Part shown: in pieces, positions 29,955 through 41,266 of the stretch | Position numbering within the stretch: the stretch's first letter is position 1 | How the letters are laid out: each line of letters opens with the position of its first letter | The notes under the pieces: model-generated | What the model was told of the DNA's origin: nothing | What the model saw: the letters and a program-made list of their open reading frames with translations, nothing else | Databases searched by the model: none | Assembly: GCA_012519835.1 (NCBI GenBank) | Contig: JAAYPJ010000074.1 | Coordinates: forward strand, 28,902-92,901 | Direction: 5' to 3' | Origin: Clostridiales bacterium | GTDB lineage: Bacteria > Bacillota > Clostridia > Peptostreptococcales > Natronincolaceae | DNA: 64,000 nt | Made by a program: the position numbers and the translations under genes

Positions 29955-31229
29955 TTAATTAATTTTACTTATATTTTTTAGCGCAATCAAAGCCCCTAAT
30001 TTGGCATGTTCATAGGTCAGCCCGCCCTGATAATAAACGATGTAGGGCTCCCTGATAGGTGCATCGGCACTCAATTCAATTGAAGAGCCCTGTACAAAGG
30101 CACCGGCAGCCATAATTACAGGATCATCATATCCCGGCATAGGCCAGGGTTCGGGGCTTACAAAAGAGTCTACAGGGGCCGCTTCCTGAATCCCCTTACA
30201 AAAGGCGATCACCTTTTCAGCACTTCCCAACCTGATCAATTGAATAATATCACTTCTTGCTGCATCATATTTCGGTTTTACTTCGTATCCCATTTCCTCA
30301 AACAGCTTGGAACAAAATACCGAACCCTTTATCGCCTCGCTGACAATATGGGGTGCTAAAAATAACCCCTGGAACATCTGCCTTGATAAACCAAACGTCA
30401 ACCCGCATTCCTTGCCTATCCCCGGAGAAGTAAGTTTATAGGATATTTCCTCAATAAGATTTCGTTTTCCGACAATATATCCGCCTGTCAGAACAATTCC
30501 CCCACCGGGATTTTTGATTAAGGAACCCGCAAGTAAGTCTGCACCTACATCCGTAGGTTCCTTTTCTTGCAAAAACTCACCGTAACAATTATCAATCATA
30601 CAGATCACTTTATTGTTCTTTTCCTTGGCGATTTCCACTATTTTTTTTATAGTATCAATATCCACGGCAGGTCTAAAACTGTAGCCGGTGGATCTCTGAA
30701 TATAAACCATAGTTGTTTTTTCGGTGATCTCCTTACTTATTGCATCAAAATCAACAGTACCGTCATCCATAAAATCAATTTGTTTATATATGACACCTGT
30801 ATTTTTCAGGCTTCCCTTGTATTCTCCCTTAAGCCCTATCAATTCATTTAATGTGTCATACGGTTCGCCGGTTACCGATATAATTTCGTCACCTGAATGG
30901 AGTAACCCTGACAGGCATAAACTCAATGCATGAGTCCCGTTTGCAATGGTAGGTCTTACTATAGCATCCTCCGTCGAAAAAACCCTTGCATATATTTCTT
31001 CTATCTTCTCACGACCAATATCGTTAAATCCGTAGCCTGTTGTCCAATTGAAATGTTGGTCGCTTAATCTTGCCTCCTGCATGGCATTCAGTACCTTATA
31101 CTGATTATATTGCTTTATTTGATCAATTTCATTGAACCTGTCAACTAAAAGTTTTTCAATATCCAGCATTTTATCGACTAGATTTCGTTCTATCCCAAAT
31201 GCATCTTTTAACATTTTGTGCAACATCAA
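29955..31229 (-). CDS. YnbB / 'aluminium resistance' family PLP enzyme (methionine gamma-lyase-like fold)
   Basis: 424 aa, typical of the PF06838 family, in the hfq-downstream context seen in clostridia. Confidence 0.78.
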   Translation of the reverse strand: MMLHKMLKDAFGIERNLVDKMLDIEKLLVDRFNEIDQIKQYNQYKVLNAMQEARLSDQHFNWTTGYGFNDIGREKIEEIYARVFSTEDAIVRPTIANGTHALSLCLSGLLHSGDEIISVTGEPYDTLNELIGLKGEYKGSLKNTGVIYKQIDFMDDGTVDFDAISKEITEKTTMVYIQRSTGYSFRPAVDIDTIKKIVEIAKEKNNKVICMIDNCYGEFLQEKEPTDVGADLLAGSLIKNPGGGIVLTGGYIVGKRNLIEEISYKLTSPGIGKECGLTFGLSRQMFQGLFLAPHIVSEAIKGSVFCSKLFEEMGYEVKPKYDAARSDIIQLIRLGSAEKVIAFCKGIQEAAPVDSFVSPEPWPMPGYDDPVIMAAGAFVQGSSIELSADAPIREPYIVYYQGGLTYEHAKLGALIALKNISKIN

Positions 31230-31307
31230 CTGTCTCCTCCTATGTGTTGAAAATTAGAAAAGTAAAGTTTTCTAGTTTGTTTGGGAGGTTAGAAAACTTT
31301 ACTTTTT

Positions 31308-31553
31308 TTACTGTTCATCCTTTTTTTTCGTATTCAGATTGAAGTTAATTTGTATATTCGGCGATATGGTAGAAATCGCGTGTTTATATATTAACTGTTG
31401 CTTTCCGTCGGATTCGAGAACTATAGTGTAGTTATCAAAACCCTTGACCATTCCCCTCAATTGGAACCCGTTTATCAAATATATGGTGATTAAAACATTT
31501 TCCTTTCTCACCTGATTTAAAAATATGTCTTGTAGGTTAATATTGCCCTTCAT
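31308..31553 (-). CDS. hfq: RNA chaperone Hfq
   Basis: Has the Sm motifs ([40 protein letters not shown]). ATG at 31553 follows a GGGGAAGGGAAG SD. Confidence 0.93.
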   Translation of the reverse strand: MKGNINLQDIFLNQVRKENVLITIYLINGFQLRGMVKGFDNYTIVLESDGKQQLIYKHAISTISPNIQINFNLNTKKKDEQ

Positions 31554-31613
31554 CTTCCCTTCCCCTTCCATAGGTTTAGTTGAATTTTAAATTTGCATAT
31601 TTATATTGTTATT

Positions 31614-32555
31614 CTACAACAGATTAAAATATCCTTTAAAATCTTTAATAATATGCTCTACTAAATTTTCGTCGGTTTGGTAATCAGATACATTATACCA
31701 ATTGATATTACTATATCTTCTGAACCAAGTCAACTGACGTTTTGCATACCGCCTCGTATTCCTCTTCAGAATTCTAACCGCCTCGTCCGGATCATATTCC
31801 CCCTTCAGATACCCGACAATTTCCTTGTAACCTAATCCCTTGAACGATACCAAATCTTCAGAATATCCTGAATTAAGCAAATTCCTTACTTCCTCTATGA
31901 GCCCCTGTTCTATCATAATATCTACCCTCTTATTGATTCTATCATAGAGTTCTTTCCGATTTCTTGTCAGACCTGCTAAGAAGGGTTCGTATTCATCACT
32001 GGGAACAATATCCTTGCTAAAATCCCCTATTGTATCCCCCGTTTCATAATAAACTTCGATGGCACGAATGACCCTTCTGACATTGTTCGGATGTATCCTG
32101 CTTGCAAGATCGGGATCTATCTTCTTAAGCTTATTATGCACATATTCATTTCCCATACTCTCGGCCTCGTCCTGTAACTCCTTCCTGAGCTGACGGTTGG
32201 AAATAGATTTTGTGAAATCCATATCATAGATGAGTGAACTGACATACAGTCCCGTACCTCCTACTATAATCGGAAGTTTTTGATTTAATACCAAGTCATC
32301 GATTACATCCCTCGCCAACCTTTGAAACTCGGCCACAGAGAAATCCTCATCCGGGTCAATTATATCAATCATATGGTGCATAATACCTTGTCTTTCTTCT
32401 AGGCTCGGCTTGGCTGTGCCTATATTCATATGTTTATATATCTGCATTGAGTCTGCAGAAATAATTTCACCGTCCAGTCTGTCGGCCAAAATTATTCCTG
32501 TATCTGTCTTTCCGACAGCCGTAGGCCCGACTATAATAAGTAACTTTTTTTTCAC
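31614..32555 (-). CDS. miaA: tRNA dimethylallyltransferase
   Basis: P-loop GPTAVGKT plus MiaA family sequence. Confidence 0.95.
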   Translation of the reverse strand: MKKKLLIIVGPTAVGKTDTGIILADRLDGEIISADSMQIYKHMNIGTAKPSLEERQGIMHHMIDIIDPDEDFSVAEFQRLARDVIDDLVLNQKLPIIVGGTGLYVSSLIYDMDFTKSISNRQLRKELQDEAESMGNEYVHNKLKKIDPDLASRIHPNNVRRVIRAIEVYYETGDTIGDFSKDIVPSDEYEPFLAGLTRNRKELYDRINKRVDIMIEQGLIEEVRNLLNSGYSEDLVSFKGLGYKEIVGYLKGEYDPDEAVRILKRNTRRYAKRQLTWFRRYSNINWYNVSDYQTDENLVEHIIKDFKGYFNLL

Positions 32556-32566
32556 CCGATTTCCTC

Positions 32567-34417
32567 CTACTGTATTCGCTTAAAATGTTTCTCTATATCA
32601 TATTGCCTCATTGTCAAAATAATCGGCCTGCCGTGCGGACAGGTCAAGGGTGGTGTAAGGGTAAGAAGTTCCTCAATCAATTGCTCTATTTCGTAATAAT
32701 CCAGCCTGTCCCTTGCCTTAATTGCCTTTTTACACGCTCTTTGTATAATGGTATCCTCAAAATAATCAGTTATACTGTCACTGTTTCCTATTCCATCTAA
32801 TATTTCATAAATAAAAGAAAAGTTTCGGGGTTCCCCTAAAACCATAGGCACTTCCCTGATGATAACCGCACCGGTACCGAAATCCTCAATATGAAAACCC
32901 AATTTAACAAATAAATTTATATTATCGGATAGCAATATATAATCCTCATTTGACAACTCCAACACCCTCGGTTCTGCTAATCTTTGGGACACAACCCTTT
33001 CGTCTTTAATCTCTTTTAAAAATTTATTATAGAGCAATCTCTCATGAGCCGCATGTTGATCAATCAAATAAACTGATTGTCCTTTTTCCAAAATTATATA
33101 GGTATCAAATATTTGCCCTATTATTTTATATTGATCTGACAATATATCCAGGAAAGAAGACTGTAGTATATCCTCACTTATATCGCTCACCCGGGTCCGT
33201 TCCCTATTATCATTATTTTGATTATCAATAAATGAATTTGTCCTCCTAACACCGGATTTTTGAATATAATCCTCACTGATTTCATTTGCCAATATATTTT
33301 CGGTGATATTACCGCCCTCTCCGGTGTCTTCTAAATCACCAATTTTTGTCCGGGTTGTTGGCATAGAATTCGGCTTTTGGCTATCCCTGAATTTAGGTTC
33401 TGTCACCGACAACCTAGGTATAGTAGTATTCTTTTCCAGGGTCTTTACTATTGAACTATAAACAAATTCCTGTATTTGTTCCTCTTTTTCAAACTTTATT
33501 TCAATTTTTGACGGATGAACATTTATGTCTATTTCAGACGGGTCGATAGTCAGATTTAATACACAGATAGGATATTTGTTAATGATAATTTTCTCCTTAT
33601 ACGCTTCTTCTATGGCCCTGCCGAGCAATTTGCTTTTCACATATCTCCCGTTAACATATACAATCTGTAAATTTCTATTGCCCCTCACAAAATTTGGCTG
33701 GCCTATATAACCTTGCAACTTCATATTTAATTCTTCTTCCTCTATATATATCAAATTTTTAAAGGTTTCCTTATTAAGTACGCATAGTATTGCCTCCGAT
33801 AATTTTTTGTTTCCGGGAGTGACAAACACAATACTGTTATTATTGATATATTTGAAGGATATGCCTGAATTGCTAAGTGATAATCGAGTAATAGTTCTAC
33901 TGATTTTCATTGTTTCAGTTGAATTTGATTTCATAAATTTCAATCTGACCGGTGTATTAAAAAACAGATTTTTAACTATAACAGTAGTCCCTATCGGGCA
34001 GCCTGTTTTTTTTATTGCTACAATTTCCCCTCCCACAATTTTAATCAGTGTTCCGTACTTCTGCTCCTTCGTCCTTGTAACCATTTCTATCCCGGAAACC
34101 GCAGCGATGCTGGCCAAGGCCTCCCCCCTAAAACCTAAGGAACTGATATTGCCCAGGTCGTCTATATTTGTTATTTTTGATGTGCTGTGTCGCATAAAAG
34201 CTTGTTCTACATATTCCTCGGCTATACCCACACCGTTATCTGTTACACGAATATACTTTTTGCCACCTTCTCTTATCTCTAATGTTATTGCAGATGCACC
34301 CGCATCAATAGAATTTTCAACCAGTTCCTTTACTACCGAACAAGGGGCTTCAACTACCTCGCCGGCCGCTATTTTATTGATTGTTAAATCATCCAGCGTT
34401 TCAATTTTTCTATTCAT
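32567..34417 (-). CDS. mutL: DNA mismatch repair protein MutL
   Basis: GHKL ATPase N-terminus (INKIAAGEVVE..ELVENSIDAG) and a C-terminal endonuclease/dimerisation domain (DQHAAHER, CPHGRP). Confidence 0.96.
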   Translation of the reverse strand: MNRKIETLDDLTINKIAAGEVVEAPCSVVKELVENSIDAGASAITLEIREGGKKYIRVTDNGVGIAEEYVEQAFMRHSTSKITNIDDLGNISSLGFRGEALASIAAVSGIEMVTRTKEQKYGTLIKIVGGEIVAIKKTGCPIGTTVIVKNLFFNTPVRLKFMKSNSTETMKISRTITRLSLSNSGISFKYINNNSIVFVTPGNKKLSEAILCVLNKETFKNLIYIEEEELNMKLQGYIGQPNFVRGNRNLQIVYVNGRYVKSKLLGRAIEEAYKEKIIINKYPICVLNLTIDPSEIDINVHPSKIEIKFEKEEQIQEFVYSSIVKTLEKNTTIPRLSVTEPKFRDSQKPNSMPTTRTKIGDLEDTGEGGNITENILANEISEDYIQKSGVRRTNSFIDNQNNDNRERTRVSDISEDILQSSFLDILSDQYKIIGQIFDTYIILEKGQSVYLIDQHAAHERLLYNKFLKEIKDERVVSQRLAEPRVLELSNEDYILLSDNINLFVKLGFHIEDFGTGAVIIREVPMVLGEPRNFSFIYEILDGIGNSDSITDYFEDTIIQRACKKAIKARDRLDYYEIEQLIEELLTLTPPLTCPHGRPIILTMRQYDIEKHFKRIQ

Positions 34418-37052
34418 CAGTTGCCTCCTTGAACTCTGTGGCCTTTTTCTGAAATTTATACAGTATGTTCAGTGCATCTATAGGTGTCACTCTTAACAAA
34501 TCTATATTTCTCAGATCTCCTATTATTTCTTCGTAGACCGAATCTGTGAACCCGGATTGTTCTATATTATTGCCGGTCAAAGCAACTTCCGAACCCCTCA
34601 GGATACCGTTTAAATCATAATCTTCGTTGGTACTCTTTTTTTCAAGATCTGTCAATATACTGTTGGCACGATCCACAATATCTCTTGGCAATCCTGCCAG
34701 TCTGGCAACCTGAATGCCGTAACTTCTATCCGCACTGCCCTTCAAGAGCCTATATAAAAATATGATGTCATCCCTATCCTCTTTTACCGTTACCTTATAG
34801 TTTCTAATTTTTTTATGGGTTTCAGATAATTTAGTCAGTTCATGGTAATGGGTTGAAAAAAGTGTCCTGGAATTGAGTGATTTGCATATATACTCCACAA
34901 CGGACCACGCAATGCTCAGACCGTCAAAGGTGCTTGTCCCTCTGCCTATTTCATCTATTATTAACAGGCTCTTTTCGGTGGCCAAATTAATGATGCTCGC
35001 CATTTCATTCATTTCTACCATAAATGTGCTCTGCCCCCGGGACAAATCGTCACTGGCACCGACTCTTGTGAAAATCCTGTCCGTTATACCGACAGTAGCC
35101 CCTCCGGCAGGAACAAAAGAGCCTATCTGGGCCATCAAAACAATCAGCGCTACCTGCCTCATATATGTCGATTTGCCCGCCATATTGGGACCCGTAATAA
35201 TCAAAAATCGCTCATCCTCTGTGATATAGGCATCATTGGGAACAAACATCCTGTTCCCCAGCACCCTTTCCACCACCGGGTGCCTTCCTTCTTTAATATC
35301 TATAATTTCACTATCGTCAACAATCGGTTTCACATAATTATTTTCCTCAGATACTTCGGCAAAGGAATATAAAACATCCAACTTTGCTACGGCGTTTGCA
35401 GTCCGCTGTATACGTTCTATTTCCGACAAAAGTGTATCACGAATTTGAATAAAAAGTTTATACTCGATGTCTGCAATCTTTTCTTCAGCCCCCAATATTT
35501 TCGATTCTATTTCCTTAAGCCCGGGCGTAATATATCTTTCGCAGTTGACCAATGTCTGTTTTCTTATATAATGCTCAGGTATCAAATGTAAATTGGAGTT
35601 TGAAACCTCAATATAATATCCAAATATTTTATTATAGCCTACCTTTAGAAACTTAATGCCTGTTTTATCCTTTTCTTCTCGTTCTAATCTTGCAATCCAA
35701 TGTTTGCCTTCCTTAGATACCTTGCGCAATTCGTCGAGTTCTCCGTTATATCCTCCTTTAATAATCCCGCCGTCCTTTAATGTTAGTGCCGGTTCTTCTA
35801 ATATCGACATCTTGATGAGATCCCCGACATCCTCAAGCGGATCTATATTATTTAAAATTTCTTCCAACAAACCCACGGTCCTATCAGTAAACAATTTCCT
35901 TATAACAGGCAAAAAAGATACGGATTTCCCCAGCGCTACCAGATCCCTGGGGTTAGCAGAACCAAAAGCGATTTTACCCGCAAGCCTTTCCAAATCATAG
36001 ATCTGTTTTAAATTTTCCTTTAATTCCTTTCTCAGAAGAATATCGTCTTTCAATATCTCAACCGCAGACAGTCTTTCATTGATATGCTCAACGTCCAATA
36101 GAGGTTCTTCTATCCATCGCCTGATCATTCGTCCGCCCATGGCAGTCAAGGTCTTGTCTAAAATCCACAACAAGGAACCTTTTTTATTTTTTTCCCTGAT
36201 CGTTTCAGTCAGTTCCAAATTACGGCGGGTGGGTGCATCCAGTATCATTTTTCCGTTTAAATCATATATATTGATTTTGTTTATATGTGCCAAAGTCCTT
36301 TTTTGGGTCGATTTCAGATAGTGGAGTAGGGCCCCCGTAGACCGAATACCGAAATGATCAGGGCTGAAACCAAGGCCTTCTATATACATTACATTAAACT
36401 GTTCCTTGATTTGATTAGTTGAATAATCTTTTCCGAAAGTCCATGGATCATATTCAGATATATAGACATCAAGCCCCTTGCCGATAAATTCTATAATATC
36501 GGTATGATATGATTTTTCATCAACAAAATAAATTATTTCTGTGGGCCCTATTCCGGTAATTTCATCTATAATCTCCCGTCCTCTTCCCTGTTCAGTAACC
36601 TCGGTACAAAACAACTCCCCGGTGGAAATATCTACATAAGTCAACCCGCATCCCTCAGCAGAAATATATAATGAAGCCAGATAATTGTTTTTTTTATCAT
36701 CCAATAAATTAGTATCTATCAATGTTCCGGGAGTGACTATTCTCACAATATCCCTCTCCACAATTCCTTTAGCCTCCGACGGATCCCCAATCTGCTCGCA
36801 TATTGCAACCTTATATCCTTTTGAAATTAATCTGTCGATATAGGTACTTGCAGCATGATGCGGGACCCCGCACATTGGGGCTTTTTCTGTCTTGCCTCTG
36901 GCAGTCAGGGTTATTTCCAATTCTCTGGAAGCTATTTCAGCGTCTTCAAAAAATAGCTCGTAGAAATCCCCAAGTCTGAAAAACATCAAACAGTCCCTGT
37001 GTTTTTCTTTCAATTTTATATATTGTTGCATCATAGGAGTCAATTTGCTCAA
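34410..37052 (-). CDS. mutS: DNA mismatch repair protein MutS
   Basis: 880 aa, with TPMMQQY, Walker A (GPNMAGKST) and STHYHEL. It overlaps mutL by 8 nt. Confidence 0.97.
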   Translation of the reverse strand: MSKLTPMMQQYIKLKEKHRDCLMFFRLGDFYELFFEDAEIASRELEITLTARGKTEKAPMCGVPHHAASTYIDRLISKGYKVAICEQIGDPSEAKGIVERDIVRIVTPGTLIDTNLLDDKKNNYLASLYISAEGCGLTYVDISTGELFCTEVTEQGRGREIIDEITGIGPTEIIYFVDEKSYHTDIIEFIGKGLDVYISEYDPWTFGKDYSTNQIKEQFNVMYIEGLGFSPDHFGIRSTGALLHYLKSTQKRTLAHINKINIYDLNGKMILDAPTRRNLELTETIREKNKKGSLLWILDKTLTAMGGRMIRRWIEEPLLDVEHINERLSAVEILKDDILLRKELKENLKQIYDLERLAGKIAFGSANPRDLVALGKSVSFLPVIRKLFTDRTVGLLEEILNNIDPLEDVGDLIKMSILEEPALTLKDGGIIKGGYNGELDELRKVSKEGKHWIARLEREEKDKTGIKFLKVGYNKIFGYYIEVSNSNLHLIPEHYIRKQTLVNCERYITPGLKEIESKILGAEEKIADIEYKLFIQIRDTLLSEIERIQRTANAVAKLDVLYSFAEVSEENNYVKPIVDDSEIIDIKEGRHPVVERVLGNRMFVPNDAYITEDERFLIITGPNMAGKSTYMRQVALIVLMAQIGSFVPAGGATVGITDRIFTRVGASDDLSRGQSTFMVEMNEMASIINLATEKSLLIIDEIGRGTSTFDGLSIAWSVVEYICKSLNSRTLFSTHYHELTKLSETHKKIRNYKVTVKEDRDDIIFLYRLLKGSADRSYGIQVARLAGLPRDIVDRANSILTDLEKKSTNEDYDLNGILRGSEVALTGNNIEQSGFTDSVYEEIIGDLRNIDLLRVTPIDALNILYKFQKKATEFKEATDE

Positions 37053-37141
37053 ATTTGTTACCTCCCCATCGCTTTCGTAAAACCTATATATAATTATATC
37101 AAATAAACAAGTTGATTTTTAGCCTAACCTTATAATAACTA

Positions 37142-37168
37142 AAATAGAATGTGAATCACATTCTATTT
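37142..37168 (-). terminator. Hairpin after miaB (possible terminator)
   Basis: A 12-bp perfect stem (AAATAGAATGTG-aat-CACATTCTATTT). The U-tract on the - strand is weak. Confidence 0.5.
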
Positions 37169-37248
37169 CAGTCAACATAATTAATTTATTACAGCAGCCG
37201 GCTTTTCGTTAAATACCTGATTACATATAGGCATAATAGATTAACCGT

Positions 37249-38661
37249 TTATTCCGCAATTCTCCCCTTTAAGGAAAAAGTCTTAGCCTCCGTAATTTGC
37301 ACCTGTACCAATTGTCCGATCAAATCCTCTGTCCCGTCAAAATTAACCAATTTGTTTCCCCTCGTTCTACCCGTCAATCTATCAGGATCCGTTTTACTCG
37401 GTCCTTCAACCAGCACTTCCACAACTCTGTTTAGATAACCTCGGTTGATATCTGCACTGATTTTGTTTACGCTCTTTAACAGACGATCAAACCTATTTTG
37501 TTTTGTTTCCCTATCTATTTGGTTTTTCATTTTTGCCGCAGGCGTACCCTGTCTGACAGAATATAAAAATGTAAAGGCAGAATCGTACCTAACCTCTTCC
37601 ACTATATCAAGTGTATCTTGAAAATCCCCTTCTGTTTCCCCGGGAAACCCGACTATAATGTCCGTGGTCAGCCTGATGTCAGGTATCTTATCTTTCAATT
37701 TCCTGACCAGGGACAGATACCCTTCCTTTGTGTATTTCCTGTTCATAGTTTTTAAAATACGATCACTGCCCGACTGGAACGGCAAATGCAAATGTTCACA
37801 AACCTTACCACATTCCGCCATTGCATCAATCAGTCTGTCGGACAAATCCTTGGGATGTGATGTCATAAATCTGATTCTTTCTATTCCGGGCACCTTATCC
37901 AATTCCCTCAACAAACCCGCAAAATCAATATCCATATCTAATGTTTTACCGTACGAGTTTACATTTTGGCCGAGGAGCATAATTTCTTTTGTGCCGCTTT
38001 GTGCAAGGATAGTGGCCTCTTTTACTATATCCTCCATATCCCTGCTTCTTTCTCTTCCCCTGGTATAAGGAACAATACAATAAGTACAAAAATTGTTGCA
38101 TCCATACATAATATTGATAAACGCTTTTATTTTATGTTTCCTGCTTGCCGGCAATCCCTCAACTATATCGCCCTCGTTTTCCCATACCTCTATAAACATA
38201 TTTTGGGATTCCATGGATTTCGCCAATAACTCGGGAAATCTGAACAGATTATGTGTGCCGAAAATCAAATCCACATGTTTATATTTATTCTTTATTTTTT
38301 CTACTACATGGGGTTGCTGCATCATACATCCACATACGGCTATTGTAAGGTCATCCTTCCTCCGTTTCAGATTTTTTAACGCCCCTAAATTTCCATATAC
38401 CTTCAGTTCCGCGTTTTCCCTGACACAGCAAGTGTTATATATAATTAAATCTGCATCCTCCCTATCATTTGTAGCCGTATACCCCATATTCTCGAGCATC
38501 CCGGACAGCACCTCCGAGTCGTGTTCATTCATTTGGCAACCATAGGTAGTAACAATGTATTTTTTATTTTTGCCCTCATTATATATTTTAAAATTTTCAA
38601 TAATATCCTGTTGTCTTTTTATTGCCTCCGGTGAAATGATAATCTTTTCTTTTTTGCCCAT
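37249..38661 (-). CDS. miaB: tRNA-i6A37 methylthiotransferase
   Basis: Has a UPF0004 domain (TYGCQMN), a radical SAM motif (CNNFCTYC) and a TRAM domain. Confidence 0.93.
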   Translation of the reverse strand: MGKKEKIIISPEAIKRQQDIIENFKIYNEGKNKKYIVTTYGCQMNEHDSEVLSGMLENMGYTATNDREDADLIIYNTCCVRENAELKVYGNLGALKNLKRRKDDLTIAVCGCMMQQPHVVEKIKNKYKHVDLIFGTHNLFRFPELLAKSMESQNMFIEVWENEGDIVEGLPASRKHKIKAFINIMYGCNNFCTYCIVPYTRGRERSRDMEDIVKEATILAQSGTKEIMLLGQNVNSYGKTLDMDIDFAGLLRELDKVPGIERIRFMTSHPKDLSDRLIDAMAECGKVCEHLHLPFQSGSDRILKTMNRKYTKEGYLSLVRKLKDKIPDIRLTTDIIVGFPGETEGDFQDTLDIVEEVRYDSAFTFLYSVRQGTPAAKMKNQIDRETKQNRFDRLLKSVNKISADINRGYLNRVVEVLVEGPSKTDPDRLTGRTRGNKLVNFDGTEDLIGQLVQVQITEAKTFSLKGRIAE

Positions 38662-39013
38662 TTATGTCCTCCTGTATATTTAACCATATATAAAATAATT
38701 TATATTATAAACCGCAGTTATATAATTCTACACCAATCTCGGCCAACCATATAGTTTATATATTAACTGCTATGTACCTAAAAAACTGGAGTAAATTGAA
38801 ATCATATATTTATATAGATTAATTGCATTTTTATTTGTTATAATTGTGTATATAGATTTATATTCACACCTAGTAATGTATTCTAACCCGTATTTTATAA
38901 TATATGACTGCACTGTTTACCAAAAGTAAGGTAAAAAAGTGTATTACAGGAGCGGTATATACAAAAACCGATTATCTTGTTGCATACAAACTATTATAAG
39001 TGCATGTTATGAT

Positions 39014-39039
39014 AAAAAATAAAGAGCCCCTGACTCTTT
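39014..39039 (-). terminator. Intrinsic terminator after the S1-domain gene
   Basis: The - strand reads AAAGAG-tcagggg-CTCTTT followed by ATTTTTT. The hairpin overlaps the stop codon. Confidence 0.55.
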
Positions 39040-40237
39040 ACTTTTCATCATCGATTTCTATTACGTCCCCGATTGTTGTTGTGTCATCACCACTGACATA
39101 TCGTTCTTGTCCGTCTTCTTCACTGACTGTTGTTACATCGTCGTCAATATGTTGTTCCTGTACATCTTCTTCATCTATATCGACTGCTGAAATACTGAGA
39201 CTTATACGCCTATCTTTCGGTTTTATATCTAAAACCTTTACATTCACTATTTGTCCGATATGAAGTTTATCCGATGGTTTTAAAACATGTTCCTTACTGA
39301 TTTGAGAGATATGCACCAAACCGTCCAATCCTAATTCTAACTGAACAAAAGCACCAAAGTCTACCAACCTTACGACTTTACCCTCGACTATACTTCCTAT
39401 GGGATATTTTTGCTCCGCCGTCTCCCATGGATGTGGTTGTGTTTGTTTTAACCCCAAAGATACCCTGCCCTTTTCCTTGTCAAAATTTAAAACCTCAACT
39501 TCCACTATGTCCCCTATATTTACAACCTCTGTTGGATGCTTTACTCGCCCCCAAGACAATTCCGATATGTGTATGAGGCCATCGACACCGCCTATATCTA
39601 CAAATGCACCGAAATTTGTAATCCGCTTTACTTCACCCTTGATACGACTGCCTTTTTCTAATTTAGAAAACAGTTCCTCCCGCTTGAGTTTGTTTTCTTC
39701 TTCTAATACAACCCTTCTGGACAGGATTACCTTATTCTTTCTTCTATCTATTTCAATTATCTTGACATTAAGACTCTGGCCTTCAAAGATTTTTAAATCG
39801 TCAACATAATGATCCGACAGGTGACTTGCCGGTATGAAACATCTGATTCCGCGTATTACGGCTATTACTCCACCCTTTACAACCTCAACTACATTTGCTT
39901 CAATCAAAGACCCTTCCTCTTTTACTTCCTCCAAATAATTCCATCCCTTTACCGTATCAACCCTCTTTTTCGATAACAGAACATTACCTTCCCCGTCATC
40001 CAGGCTTAATACATAGACCTCGATTTCGTCTCCCCCTTTAGCAATATCAAGGGGATTTACCGTTGTATCATTTGATATCTCCTCTTTCGGAATTATTCCA
40101 TCCGATTTATATCCTAAATTTACCGTAATTTCATCATCGGTAACATTTATGACCTCACCTGTAACAATTTCTCCCCTTCTCAGTCTTACCATTGTTTTTT
40201 CTATCTCTTCCATTAGATCCTGCATATCACCATTCAT
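39038..40237 (-). CDS. S1-domain RNA-binding protein (four S1 repeats, acidic C-terminal tail)
   Basis: Contains repeated G..V.G.V..I..FGAFV modules. It lies downstream of ispH; ispH-rpsA are often fused in clostridia. Confidence 0.85.
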   Translation of the reverse strand: MNGDMQDLMEEIEKTMVRLRRGEIVTGEVINVTDDEITVNLGYKSDGIIPKEEISNDTTVNPLDIAKGGDEIEVYVLSLDDGEGNVLLSKKRVDTVKGWNYLEEVKEEGSLIEANVVEVVKGGVIAVIRGIRCFIPASHLSDHYVDDLKIFEGQSLNVKIIEIDRRKNKVILSRRVVLEEENKLKREELFSKLEKGSRIKGEVKRITNFGAFVDIGGVDGLIHISELSWGRVKHPTEVVNIGDIVEVEVLNFDKEKGRVSLGLKQTQPHPWETAEQKYPIGSIVEGKVVRLVDFGAFVQLELGLDGLVHISQISKEHVLKPSDKLHIGQIVNVKVLDIKPKDRRISLSISAVDIDEEDVQEQHIDDDVTTVSEEDGQERYVSGDDTTTIGDVIEIDDEK

Positions 40238-40314
40238 CCTCTTTAAACCTCCTAAAATAAATTTGCCTTCATAATATAATGACTATTAACTAATACTCAT
40301 TGAACCTTGCATCC

Positions 40315-41175
40315 TTAGCTAATAGGTAAATCACTCAACCTTTCAATCACTTCATCAATAATCCATTTGGGTGTGGAAGCCCCGGCAGTAATACCGATTA
40401 CCTCGTAATTTTTTAACACATCTACGGGCAATTCTTTTGCAATTTCTATATGAAAAGTTGCATCCGGTTTTTCATTTTTACAGATATCCACAAGTTTTTG
40501 GGTGTTGGAACTGTGATATCCCCCTATCACCACAACGGCATCAACATTTTTCGCCAAATTCCTTGCGGATTCCTGTCTGTCCATAGTGGCTGAACAAATT
40601 GTATTAAATTTTATAACTTGCTCGGCCTTTTTTTCAAGCATATCACTGAGCTTATAATATAAACCCGTCGGCATTGTTGTCTGCACAACAACACATAATT
40701 TTTGTACGAAAGGAATTTTTTCGATGTCTTCCTCGGTCTTGACAATATACGCTTGATTGTCACACCACCCGTTAATACCCATTACTTCCGGATGATCCGA
40801 ATTTCCTATAATAACAATAGTATATCCTTTTGCTTTATATTTCTTGACCGTGTTTTGAATTTTTTTAACAAAGGGGCATGTTGCGTCGATTATATCGACG
40901 TTTTTTTCGTTAATCAGGTCGTATATGTCCTTGGAAACCCCATGGGAACGAATAATTACGACGCTGTTGCCTTCAATATCGTCAGGAGCGTCGGCCACCT
41001 TCAGTCCGGCGTTTTGCAATTTATCCACAACCTGTTGATTATGGATAAGAGGCCCCAGAGTATAAATATTTTTTTTACTGATATTGTCGTTCAATTTATC
41101 AAAAGCAATTTTTATGGCCCTTTCCACCCCGAAACAAAATCCTGAATGATCCGCTACAATAACTTTCATCCGCAC
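40315..41175 (-). CDS. ispH: 4-hydroxy-3-methylbut-2-enyl diphosphate reductase
   Basis: LytB family with the three conserved Cys (GFCFGV, ATCPFV, TICSAT). Confidence 0.93.
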   Translation of the reverse strand: MRMKVIVADHSGFCFGVERAIKIAFDKLNDNISKKNIYTLGPLIHNQQVVDKLQNAGLKVADAPDDIEGNSVVIIRSHGVSKDIYDLINEKNVDIIDATCPFVKKIQNTVKKYKAKGYTIVIIGNSDHPEVMGINGWCDNQAYIVKTEEDIEKIPFVQKLCVVVQTTMPTGLYYKLSDMLEKKAEQVIKFNTICSATMDRQESARNLAKNVDAVVVIGGYHSSNTQKLVDICKNEKPDATFHIEIAKELPVDVLKNYEVIGITAGASTPKWIIDEVIERLSDLPIS

Positions 41176-41266
41176 CCTCCGTATGTCTGATTATACAATC
41201 AACTCTGCAATAATTCTACATAAAATATAAAAATCCTTTATTAATTACGATTATCCCTGTATCTAT

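Noticed and set aside
33807-34496. 229-aa ORF on the + strand antisense to mutL. Similar long antisense ORFs occur at 59083-59577, 26628-27149, 52472-52942, 38093-38545, 18604-19011, 7807-8217 and elsewhere.
   Set aside because: Each lies entirely opposite a well-supported conserved gene. They have low-complexity Ser/Ile/Leu/Phe-rich translations, no SD and no recognisable family. They are typical shadow ORFs of AT-rich coding DNA.
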